64,000 nt of DNA from an uncultured Eubacteriaceae bacterium (GTDB lineage Bacteria; Bacillota; Clostridia; Eubacteriales; UBA1433). A program made the translations under genes and the position numbers. Shown in pieces: positions 7,993 through 16,190 of the stretch; position 1 is the first letter of the stretch; each line of letters starts with the position of its first letter. The notes beneath the pieces were generated by a model. That model was given only the letters and a program-made list of their open reading frames with translations, searched no databases and was not told where the DNA came from. Location: assembly GCA_964533615.1 (NCBI GenBank), contig CAZHMK010000008.1, forward strand, positions 56,128 through 120,127. The letters are read 5' to 3'.

Positions 7993-8391
7993 ATGATTGA
8001 AAAAAAACAATATCATACTCGACAAAAAGATATTATTTTGAATTTTTTCCAAACTCACGCAGACGAATGCTTCTGCGCAAAGGATATTATTGACAATGAT
8101 GCTCTTCCGCTCGGCGAAGCTACCGTATATCGATATCTATCCAAGCTCACAAAAGAAAATAAATTAAAAAAATTTATATCTGATGATCGAAGCGGTGCGT
8201 TTTACCAATACAACAATACAGATACATGTAAAAATTGTCATATTCATTTGAAATGTTTATCATGCGGTGAATTGGTTCATTTGAACTGTTCTTTTATGAC
8301 TCAGATTGAAAATCATATGAAAGAAATTCATAATTTCTCGATTGACAGCTCAAAAACTGTTATTTATGGAATATGCGATCATTGCAGATAA
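7993..8391 (+). CDS. Fur family transcriptional regulator (Zur-like by context)
   Basis: TRQKDIIL, ATVYRYL, HIHLKCLSCG and GICDHC structural Zn motifs. Confidence 0.9.
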   Translation: MIEKKQYHTRQKDIILNFFQTHADECFCAKDIIDNDALPLGEATVYRYLSKLTKENKLKKFISDDRSGAFYQYNNTDTCKNCHIHLKCLSCGELVHLNCSFMTQIENHMKEIHNFSIDSSKTVIYGICDHCR

Positions 8392-8444
8392 TCAATTAAT
8401 GGATAAGTCTTTGCTTATTATAAATGTTTTAAAATGGAGATTTT

Positions 8445-9407
8445 ATGAAAAAAATAATTATCACTATATTGCTTCTATTCATCTTATCCGGCTTTTTTGC
8501 CGGCTGTATAAATAATCCAAAAACAAAAAATAATACTGAAAATATAACCATCGTCGCTACTATTTTCCCGCCTTATGATTTTGCAAAACAAATTTGCGGT
8601 GGTGCCGCAGAGGTGGAAATGCTCCTTCCTCCGGGCGCAGAAAGCCATTCCTACGAACCATCGGCGCAAGATATTATCAAAATTCAAAACTGCGATTTAT
8701 TTATCTATGTCGGCGGAGAATCGGATACATGGGTTGATAATATATTATCTTCTCTGGACAAACCGATAAAAACGGTAAAAATGATGGATTATATCAACAT
8801 TGTAGAAGAAGAAGCTATCTATGGAATAAAGACACACCATGACGAAGCAGCAGAAACGAAGTCAAAAAATCATGAAAAAGAATATGATGAACATGTTTGG
8901 ACGTCTCCCAGGAACGCCGTATTAATTACACAAGCTATTACGGATGCAATTTGTGAAATAGACACTAAAAATGTTGATCTATATAGACAAAACTCATTGA
9001 ATTATATTATTCAGCTTGAAGAACTTGATAGCCAATTTGCTGATTTTTTTGATGCTGTTACCAATAAAACATTAATCTTTGGTGACCGTTTTCCGCTCAG
9101 ATATTTTGTTGATGAATATAATCTGACCTATTATGCGGCTTTTCCCGGCTGCTCAAACGAAACAGAAGCAAGCGCTGCCACCATTGCTTTTCTGATCGAT
9201 AAAGTCAAAGAAGAACATATCAGCACAATATTTTATATTGAATTTTCAAATCATAAAATCGCTGACAGTATAGCCGAGGCTACAAATACGAAAACAGCGC
9301 TTTTCCATACCTGTCATAATGTGTCCAAAGAAGAATTGGAAAACGGAGCCACTTATTTGTCACTTATGAAACAAAATCTAGCGACTTTAAAGGAGTGCAT
9401 GAATTAA
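8445..9407 (+). CDS. Zn/Mn ABC transporter substrate-binding lipoprotein (ZnuA/AdcA-like)
   Basis: Lipobox FAGC, ESHSYEPS, His/acidic loop, DEHVWTSP. Confidence 0.9.
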   Translation: MKKIIITILLLFILSGFFAGCINNPKTKNNTENITIVATIFPPYDFAKQICGGAAEVEMLLPPGAESHSYEPSAQDIIKIQNCDLFIYVGGESDTWVDNILSSLDKPIKTVKMMDYINIVEEEAIYGIKTHHDEAAETKSKNHEKEYDEHVWTSPRNAVLITQAITDAICEIDTKNVDLYRQNSLNYIIQLEELDSQFADFFDAVTNKTLIFGDRFPLRYFVDEYNLTYYAAFPGCSNETEASAATIAFLIDKVKEEHISTIFYIEFSNHKIADSIAEATNTKTALFHTCHNVSKEELENGATYLSLMKQNLATLKECMN

Positions 9408-9408
9408 T

Positions 9409-10116
9409 ATGGCTTTGCTTACATGCAAAAATATTAGTTTATCTTATGAAAACAAAATTGTTTTAGCCGATCTGTCTTTCGCTGTCGCTTCAGGAGATTA
9501 TCTTTGTATTGTAGGTGAAAACGGGTCAGGTAAAAGCACCCTTATAAAAGCGTTGCTTTCATTAAAAAATCCGGCGAAAGGCAGTATCCTCTACGGAGAC
9601 GGACTGGCGCAAAATGAAATTGGTTACCTTCCACAGCAAACAGATACTAAAAATGATTTCCCGGCCAGTGTTTGGGAAGTCGTACTTTCGGGATGCCTGA
9701 ACGGGCGGGGTCTGCGTCCTTTTTATTCTAAAAAAGATAAAAATAAAGCAATCTCTTCCATGAAAAAGCTTGGTATTCTAGAGCTGAAAAATCAAACTTT
9801 TCAGGCGCTTTCGGGCGGTCAGCAGCAAAGAGTTTTGCTCGCGCGCGCACTTTGCGCTACAAAAAAAATACTGCTTTTGGATGAGCCGGTATCAGGGCTT
9901 GATCCACTTGTCACAAATGAATTTTATTCTCTGATAAAACAAATCAACAATGATGGTATTACGATTATTATGGTCTCCCATGATATCATCAGTGCAGTAA
10001 AATATGCCTCACATATTCTGCATTTGCAAAATAATTTCATTTTCTTCGGCAACACTGCCGATTATTTAAAAAGTCCGTCAGGAAAACAATTTATGGGAGT
10101 AATAGATAATGACTGA
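9409..10116 (+). CDS. Zn/Mn ABC transporter ATP-binding protein (ZnuC-like)
   Basis: GENGSGKS, LSGGQQQRV, LLLDEP, VSHD. Confidence 0.92.
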   Translation: MALLTCKNISLSYENKIVLADLSFAVASGDYLCIVGENGSGKSTLIKALLSLKNPAKGSILYGDGLAQNEIGYLPQQTDTKNDFPASVWEVVLSGCLNGRGLRPFYSKKDKNKAISSMKKLGILELKNQTFQALSGGQQQRVLLARALCATKKILLLDEPVSGLDPLVTNEFYSLIKQINNDGITIIMVSHDIISAVKYASHILHLQNNFIFFGNTADYLKSPSGKQFMGVIDND

Positions 10117-10942
10117 TTTGTTTAGAGAAATGATGAGTTACCCTTTTTTGGTTCGCGCCATCGTGGTAGGCGTTTTGGTTGCGCTATGTTCTTCCCTGCT
10201 TGGTGTGAGCTTGGTATTAAAGCGCTACTCTATGATAGGCGACGGACTCTCTCATGTAGGTTTTGGTGCATTAGCGATAGCTACAGCGCTGAATGCATCC
10301 CCACTAAAAATATCAATTCCCATCGTTATGCTTGCAGCATTTTTATTATTAAAAATAAGTGAGTCCAGCAAAACCAAAGGTGATGCCGCTATTGCATTAA
10401 TTTCAACAAGTTCACTTGCTGTCGGCGTAATGGCCATATCGATAACATCGGGAATCAATATTGATATTTATAATTACATGTTTGGCAGTATTTTAGCAAT
10501 GAGTAAAACCGATGTGATACTCAGCATTATTTTATCTGTTACTGTGTTCGTTTTATATGTGTTTTTTTATTCTAAGCTTTTTGCTATTACATTTGATGAA
10601 AATTTTGCAAAAGCCACAGGTATTAAAACCGATTTATATAATATTCTGCTTGCTGTGCTCACTGCGGTCACTATCGTAATCGGAATGAGGCTAATGGGGG
10701 CCTTATTGATTTCAAGCCTGATCATATTCCCCTCTCTTACATCTATGAAGATTTTTAAAAATTTTCGTTCAGTGGTTATAAGCTCTGCCATTTTATCAGT
10801 ATCTTGTTTTATTATCGGAATCATACTTTCTTATACTCTTTCAACTCCTGCCGGCGCAAGCGTGGTTTGCGTGAATATTATTCTTTTTTTTACTTTTTCT
10901 TTATTTAGACTTTTAAAAAACCAAAATAAATTTTTAAAATAA
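10109..10942 (+). CDS. Zn/Mn ABC transporter permease (ZnuB-like)
   Basis: LVLKRYSMIGDGLSHVGFG ABC-3 motif; multiple TM segments. Confidence 0.92.
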   Translation: MTDLFREMMSYPFLVRAIVVGVLVALCSSLLGVSLVLKRYSMIGDGLSHVGFGALAIATALNASPLKISIPIVMLAAFLLLKISESSKTKGDAAIALISTSSLAVGVMAISITSGINIDIYNYMFGSILAMSKTDVILSIILSVTVFVLYVFFYSKLFAITFDENFAKATGIKTDLYNILLAVLTAVTIVIGMRLMGALLISSLIIFPSLTSMKIFKNFRSVVISSAILSVSCFIIGIILSYTLSTPAGASVVCVNIILFFTFSLFRLLKNQNKFLK

Positions 10943-10984
10943 TTTTGTTTTATTCTTGACCGATATTTAAAAATATGATATCCT

Positions 10985-11006
10985 TTGGTTAGTTTTAACT
11001 AACTAA
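10985..11006. promoter_or_regulatory. GTTAG-N6-CTAAC operator upstream of DUF2325 gene
   Basis: TTGGTTAG-TTTTAA-CTAACTAA; same core as three feo-region boxes. Confidence 0.7.
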
Positions 11007-11022
11007 AGGAGCAGAAAAACAC

Positions 11023-11304
11023 ATGAGTGTAGTTATTATTGGCGGTAATGAATGTATGGAATGCCGATATAAAAATATTTGTAAATCATATGGATGCAGA
11101 GCAAAAATCTTCACAAAAGAAGGTGGCCCTTTAAAGAAAAAGATCGGCACACCTTCTTTAATGATACTTTTTACAAATACCGTCTCTCACAAGATGGTAG
11201 TTACAGCACTTGATGAAGCGAGAAAAAATGATATTCCCGTAATACGTACGCATTCAAGCAGCGCCTCGGCATTGTGCAATATTTTAAATGAATATTGTGC
11301 ATAA
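11023..11304 (+). CDS. DUF2325 family protein
   Basis: MSVVIIGGNECM...LMILFTNTVSHKM...HSSSASAL pattern, recognised as DUF2325 from memory. Confidence 0.75.
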   Translation: MSVVIIGGNECMECRYKNICKSYGCRAKIFTKEGGPLKKKIGTPSLMILFTNTVSHKMVVTALDEARKNDIPVIRTHSSSASALCNILNEYCA

Positions 11305-11364
11305 AATAATATGAAAGTAAACTTTATATGAAAATCATTCTTGCAAATAATATGAAAGCCATAT

Positions 11365-11724
11365 CTATTTTACGTGCTTTTTAATGGCTTCAAAACTCTT
11401 GGCGCTAATAACATGTTCAATTTTGCACGCATCTTCAGCAGCAGTTGCCTCATCTACTCCAAGCATCACGAGCCATTTTGAAAGCAGCGTATGTCTTTCG
11501 TAAATCATTAGCGCAATCTTTAATCCTTTTTCCGTGAGCGTGATATGTCCGTCACTATCCACATGGATGTATCCGTTCTCGCGAAGGTTTTTCATCGCAA
11601 CGCTGATACTTGATTTTTTAAAATCAAGTTCATGCGCGATATCAATTGAACGCACAGACGGATTTTTCTGACTTAACATATAAATAGTTTCCAAATAATT
11701 TTCAGCCGACTGCTTTATTACCAT
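11365..11724 (-). CDS. DtxR/MntR family metal-dependent transcriptional regulator (two-domain, no SH3)
   Basis: SAENYLETIY, RSIDIA..L..KKSSIS.AMKNL, YERHTLL, DACKIEHVIS. Confidence 0.92.
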   Translation of the reverse strand: MVIKQSAENYLETIYMLSQKNPSVRSIDIAHELDFKKSSISVAMKNLRENGYIHVDSDGHITLTEKGLKIALMIYERHTLLSKWLVMLGVDEATAAEDACKIEHVISAKSFEAIKKHVK

Positions 11725-11828
11725 ATCATTAATCCTCCTGCTGCTAATAGCTGTTGTAAAATATCATAACATATCACTAACAAAAGTTCAAATGACTAAG
11801 ATAGTGCATTTATTTTATAAAAAAACTC

Positions 11829-11885
11829 TTGACAAAATGAGTTAGCATGTGCTAACCTTATTTAAGTTAGATGTTGCTAACTTAA
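11829..11885 (+). promoter_or_regulatory. feo promoter with two tandem GTTAG-N6-CTAAC operators
   Basis: TTGACA at 11829-11834; GTTAG-CATGTG-CTAAC (11841-11856); TTAAGTTAG-ATGTTG-CTAACTTAA (11862-11885). Confidence 0.8.
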
Positions 11886-11912
11886 ATATTTTCCTAGTAT
11901 AAAGGAGTGATC

Positions 11913-12125
11913 ATGATGCCTTTGACAATGGCAAAAGCAGGCGAGATGAATTTTATAAAAAAAGTTACAGGAAAAGAAGATATAAAACATTTTCTTGAAA
12001 GTCTTGGCTTTGTTATCGGAAGCAATGTTATTGTCGTAGCAAAGAATAACGGCAATATCATTGTTAATATAAAAGAATCCAGAATTGCAATCAGTCAGGA
12101 AATGGCCAATAAAATAATGGTATAA
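11913..12125 (+). CDS. feoA: Ferrous iron transport protein A
   Basis: FLESLGFVIGS...SRIAISQEMANKIMV; start moved to an ATG downstream of AAGGAG. Confidence 0.9.
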   Translation: MMPLTMAKAGEMNFIKKVTGKEDIKHFLESLGFVIGSNVIVVAKNNGNIIVNIKESRIAISQEMANKIMV

Positions 12126-12154
12126 ATATAAACTTTTACCGAAAGGAGTTATCT

Positions 12155-12376
12155 ATGCAAACACTTAGAGACGCAAAGTGCAGCGAGAATGTTACTGTTG
12201 TCAAGCTTCACGGTCAAGGTGCGGTGAAACGTCGTATCATGGATATGGGGATTACGAAAGGTACCCAAATCTTTATCCGGAAAGTAGCACCCCTTGGTGA
12301 TCCGATCGAAGTGACAGTACGAGGCTACGAACTTTCCATCAGAAAAACAGATGCGCAAATGATTGAAGTTGAATAG
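12155..12376 (+). CDS. feoA: Ferrous iron transport protein A
   Basis: RRIMDMGITKGT...APLGDPIEVTVRGYELSIRK. Confidence 0.95.
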   Translation: MQTLRDAKCSENVTVVKLHGQGAVKRRIMDMGITKGTQIFIRKVAPLGDPIEVTVRGYELSIRKTDAQMIEVE

Positions 12377-12421
12377 AATAAAAACATATCAGAGAGACAT
12401 CTCTGTTATTTTAGCACGTAC

Positions 12422-12439
12422 AGTTAGCTATTACTAACT
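12422..12439. promoter_or_regulatory. Internal GTTAG-N6-CTAAC operator upstream of feoB
   Basis: AGTTAG-CTATTA-CTAACT in the feoA-feoB spacer. Confidence 0.65.
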
Positions 12440-12469
12440 ATACGGTTATATCTTAAAGGAGGAATAAAA

Positions 12470-14632
12470 ATGTCTATTAAAATAGCTCTTGCCGGCAATC
12501 CCAACAGCGGCAAGACAACGCTTTTCAACGCACTCACCGGCTCAAACCAATTTGTTGGAAACTGGCCGGGTGTGACGGTAGAAAAAAAAGAAGGAAAATT
12601 AAAAGCCGATAAAAATGTCATTATTATAGATTTACCGGGAATATATTCGCTTTCACCGTATACTCTTGAGGAAGTAATTGCCAGAAATTATCTTATTCAG
12701 GAGCGCCCTGATGTAATTTTAAACATCATCGACGGCACAAATATTGAGCGAAATTTATATCTTACAACGCAGCTGCTTGAACTTGGCATTCCCGTTGTTG
12801 TCGCTGTCAACATGATTGATATTGTTAATAAAAATAAAGATAAAATCGATATAGACCATCTTTCAAAAACTATGGGATGCCCTATTATTGCAATATCTGC
12901 ATTAAAAGGCACAGGCATTGATGAAGCAGCAAACCAAGCTATTCAGCTTGCTGAAAAAAAATCAAAACTCTTTAGTTTACATAGGTTTGATAAAGCTGTC
13001 GAAAATGCATTATCAATCATTGAAGCTACACTCGATGACAATATAGCCAATGAACAAAAACGTTTTTATGCAATAAAAATTTTTGAACGAGACAGCAAAA
13101 TTCTTCAGCAAGTTAACGTGGACCCCAAAATTGAAAACATTATTACAGTAACAGAAGATAAATTGGATGATGATTCAGAAAGCATTATAACAAACGAGCG
13201 CTATAAATATATCACCTCAATCATCAAAGATAGTTGTATAAAACAAAATGCAGGAAAGCTAAGCATTTCGGATAAAATTGACAAGGTTGTAACCAATCGT
13301 TATTTGGCACTCCCCATTTTTGCCATCGTTATGTTTATTGTATATTATGTATCGGTAACAACGATCGGTACTCTCGTTACCGACTGGGCAAATGATGGTG
13401 TATTTGGCGAAGGATGGAGCCTGTTTGGACTGAATATTCCCGGAATCCCGGTTCTCGTCGAGAAAGGCCTAAGCAGCCTGGGCACGGCAGACTGGCTAAA
13501 CAGCCTGGTTATTGACGGTATTATAGGCGGTGTCGGCGCAGTGCTCGGCTTTGTGCCGCAGATGCTTGTTTTGTTTGCTTTTATCGCTTTGCTTGAAGCC
13601 TGCGGATACATGGCGCGTGTTGCATTTATTATGGACAGAATTTTTAGAAAATTCGGCCTTTCAGGGAAATCTTTTATCCCTATGCTAATAGGAACAGGCT
13701 GTGGCGTCCCGGGCATCATGGCATCGAGAACCATTGAAAATGATCGCGACCGCAAAATGACCATTATTACGACTACTTTTATTCCATGCGGCGCCAAATT
13801 GCCTATCATCGCCTTGATTGCAGGTGCTCTATTTGGAGGTGCATGGTGGGTAGCACCCAGTGCATATTTTGTTGGCATTGCAGCTATTATTTGTTCCGGC
13901 ATCATTTTAAAAAAATCACGCATGTTCGCCGGAAACCCCGCCCCGTTTGTTATGGAACTCCCGGCTTATCACTTGCCAACTATAGGCAACGTACTGCGAA
14001 GCATGTGGGAACGTGGATGGTCATTCATTAAAAAGGCAGGTACTATTATTCTTCTCTCGGCAATCGTCATTTGGTTCCTCTCAAGTTTTGGTGTTGTTGA
14101 TGGACAATTTATTATGGTAGAAGATATCAGTGATGGTTTCCTTGCATCAATAGGCAATGCCATTGCGTGGATTTTCTCTCCATTAGGCTGGGGAAATTGG
14201 CAGTCGGCAGTAGCCACATTTACAGGGCTTGTTGCTAAAGAGAATGTCGTAGGTACTTTCGGCGTGCTATACGGCTTTGCGGAAGTTGCAGAAGACGGCG
14301 TAGAAATTTGGGCAACTCTAGCCTCAAGCTTTACGGTAATCTCCGCATATTCTTTCTTGGTATTCAATTTATTGTGTGCGCCTTGTTTTGCAGCGATTGG
14401 AGCGATCAGGCGCGAAATGAACAGCGCAAAATGGACTTGGTTTGCTATCGGATACCAAACATTATTTGCCTATGCTGTTGCTTTTTGTGTATACCAATTC
14501 GGAAATTTCTTCATCACAGGAGCCTTCGGAGTCGGAACTGTCTTTGCTCTGATTACCGCAGTAATATTCTTTTTCTTGCTCCTTAGACCTTACAAAGAAA
14601 GTGGCAGCCTTAAAGAAAAAGCAATTGCATAA
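12470..14632 (+). CDS. feoB: Ferrous iron transport protein B
   Basis: GNPNSGKT, VGNWPGVTVE, DLPGIYSL, NMID; membrane domain with FIPCGAKLP and LCAPCFA. Confidence 0.97.
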   Translation: MSIKIALAGNPNSGKTTLFNALTGSNQFVGNWPGVTVEKKEGKLKADKNVIIIDLPGIYSLSPYTLEEVIARNYLIQERPDVILNIIDGTNIERNLYLTTQLLELGIPVVVAVNMIDIVNKNKDKIDIDHLSKTMGCPIIAISALKGTGIDEAANQAIQLAEKKSKLFSLHRFDKAVENALSIIEATLDDNIANEQKRFYAIKIFERDSKILQQVNVDPKIENIITVTEDKLDDDSESIITNERYKYITSIIKDSCIKQNAGKLSISDKIDKVVTNRYLALPIFAIVMFIVYYVSVTTIGTLVTDWANDGVFGEGWSLFGLNIPGIPVLVEKGLSSLGTADWLNSLVIDGIIGGVGAVLGFVPQMLVLFAFIALLEACGYMARVAFIMDRIFRKFGLSGKSFIPMLIGTGCGVPGIMASRTIENDRDRKMTIITTTFIPCGAKLPIIALIAGALFGGAWWVAPSAYFVGIAAIICSGIILKKSRMFAGNPAPFVMELPAYHLPTIGNVLRSMWERGWSFIKKAGTIILLSAIVIWFLSSFGVVDGQFIMVEDISDGFLASIGNAIAWIFSPLGWGNWQSAVATFTGLVAKENVVGTFGVLYGFAEVAEDGVEIWATLASSFTVISAYSFLVFNLLCAPCFAAIGAIRREMNSAKWTWFAIGYQTLFAYAVAFCVYQFGNFFITGAFGVGTVFALITAVIFFFLLLRPYKESGSLKEKAIA

Positions 14633-14650
14633 TATAGAAAGGAGCATAAA

Positions 14651-14833
14651 ATGATTACATTTATTATAGAAAATCTTGCTACCATTCTTGTCAGCATTAT
14701 CATTGCCGCAATTGTTGCTGTTATTCTTATCCGTATGAGAATAAATAAGAAAAAAGGAACTTCTTGCAGCTGCGGGTACGCCTGCAAGGGTTGTGCAAGT
14801 TCTTCAATATGTGATGATACGAAAGAAAAGTAA
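14651..14833 (+). CDS. FeoB-associated Cys-rich membrane protein
   Basis: One TM helix then CSCGYACKGC...C; directly after feoB with GGAG RBS. Confidence 0.85.
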   Translation: MITFIIENLATILVSIIIAAIVAVILIRMRINKKKGTSCSCGYACKGCASSSICDDTKEK

Positions 14834-14877
14834 TATTAAAATATTAAATAGATAATTTATATAACAAAGTAACGCCT

Positions 14878-14907
14878 AAAATAGACAGCATTTATGCTGT
14901 CTATTTT
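14878..14907. terminator. Intrinsic terminator of feo operon
   Basis: AAAATAGACAGCA-TTTA-TGCTGTCTATTTT perfect hairpin. Confidence 0.85.
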
Positions 14908-15006
14908 ATTTATCTATCTATCTATCTTAAAATTATCATTGTTAAGTTTTTTTTGCCTTCTTATCATTTTTGATTATCATTACAAAGTTGATTATTACAA
15001 AAGATA

Positions 15007-15037
15007 TTGACTTAGAGTAAACTCTAAATGATATAAT
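15007..15037 (+). promoter_or_regulatory. MerR-type promoter (19-bp spacer with dyad operator)
   Basis: TTGACT, 19 bp, TATAAT; palindrome TTAGAGT-AA-ACTCTAA (15012-15027). Confidence 0.7.
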
Positions 15038-15358
15038 TATGGTTAAATTAATATCTTATTATTTATCAATATTCCAACACTTTCAAAAGAATGCTCACAG
15101 GAAATTGTGATTCCAAAGATATTTGATGCTATGAAGATTCATTTAATTTATAATAATTTAAAAGAAACAAAAAATATATATGTGAGAGAGCAAAAGAGGC
15201 GGCGTTGCTTCAAAATATATTGAATACAGTTAATGTAAAGTTGCATGTCCACAGCATATTGCTATGATATATGAACTAAAAAGCTGCCGAGAGATGAGAA
15301 GGATGGAACGCTTATTTGATATAATTTGATAAACACCGCAGAAGAAAGGAATGAATAT

Positions 15359-16063
15359 ATGAACAGTCAAAAAGTCGCCGTCGTTACAGGCGGTGCAAAC
15401 GGTATAGGTAAGGCAATTTGCGATGAATTCAAAAAACAGGGCGTTGTCGTATGTATAATTGACCTATTGGATAACGATTATTTCGTCGGTGATATTGCAG
15501 ATAAAAATACTCTATGTGTTTTTGCTGATAAAGTCATTAAAGAACATAATAAAATTGATTTTCTGATCAATAATGCTTGCTTATCAAAAGGCGGGCTTAA
15601 AGACTGTTCTTATGATGATTTTAATTATGTACTGCGTGTAGGTATCAGTGCGCCTTATATGCTTACAAAGCTTTTTATAGAACATTTTAATAATAACGCA
15701 AGTATTGTGAATATTTCATCTACGCGGTATCTCATGAGTCAAACAAACACCGAAAGCTACACGGCCGCCAAAGGAGGCATTACTTCTCTGACACATGCCA
15801 TGGCCGTCACGCTTTCCGGTAAAGCACGTGTCAATTCTATTTCGCCAGGCTGGATCGATACAAAAAACACAAGCTTTTCCGATGCTGATCATTTTCAACA
15901 TCCTGTATGCCGAGCCGGTAAACCTGCCGATATTGTTAACGCCGTCATGTTTTTATGCGATGAAAAGAGCAGTTTTATCACAGGACAAAACATTACCGTA
16001 GACGGCGGTATGACGAAATTAATGATTTACCATGATGATTTTGGCTGGGAATACAAAAAATAG
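15359..16063 (+). CDS. Short-chain dehydrogenase/reductase (SDR)
   Basis: TGGANGIG, INNA, NISS, YTAAKGG (YxxxK), NSISPGWIDT; start set at ATG 15359 after AAGGA. Confidence 0.92.
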   Translation: MNSQKVAVVTGGANGIGKAICDEFKKQGVVVCIIDLLDNDYFVGDIADKNTLCVFADKVIKEHNKIDFLINNACLSKGGLKDCSYDDFNYVLRVGISAPYMLTKLFIEHFNNNASIVNISSTRYLMSQTNTESYTAAKGGITSLTHAMAVTLSGKARVNSISPGWIDTKNTSFSDADHFQHPVCRAGKPADIVNAVMFLCDEKSSFITGQNITVDGGMTKLMIYHDDFGWEYKK

Positions 16064-16190
16064 AAAAGCATCGGATATAAACACTACTTATAAAAATACC
16101 AAAAAATTTTCTTTATAAACACTGCAAAATTCTTTTATTTTATTAGACTAAAATTAATTTAATATCTTCTGTTTGCTGTTTAAAATACGC

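Noticed and set aside
14915-15000. Several ATGATAA / TTGATTAT repeats and a (TATC)n run after the feo terminator
   Set aside because: Fur-hexamer-like, but no clean dyad in a very AT-rich spacer; cannot be separated from chance.
15185-15315. AGAGG-C-GGC ... GCTGCCGAG ... GGAACGCT resembling lysine riboswitch fragments
   Set aside because: Only ~13 nt lie between the GCCGA-like and final GGAxCGCT-like segments, leaving no room for P3-P5; the GAAAGG element is missing; the downstream SDR is not a lysine gene.
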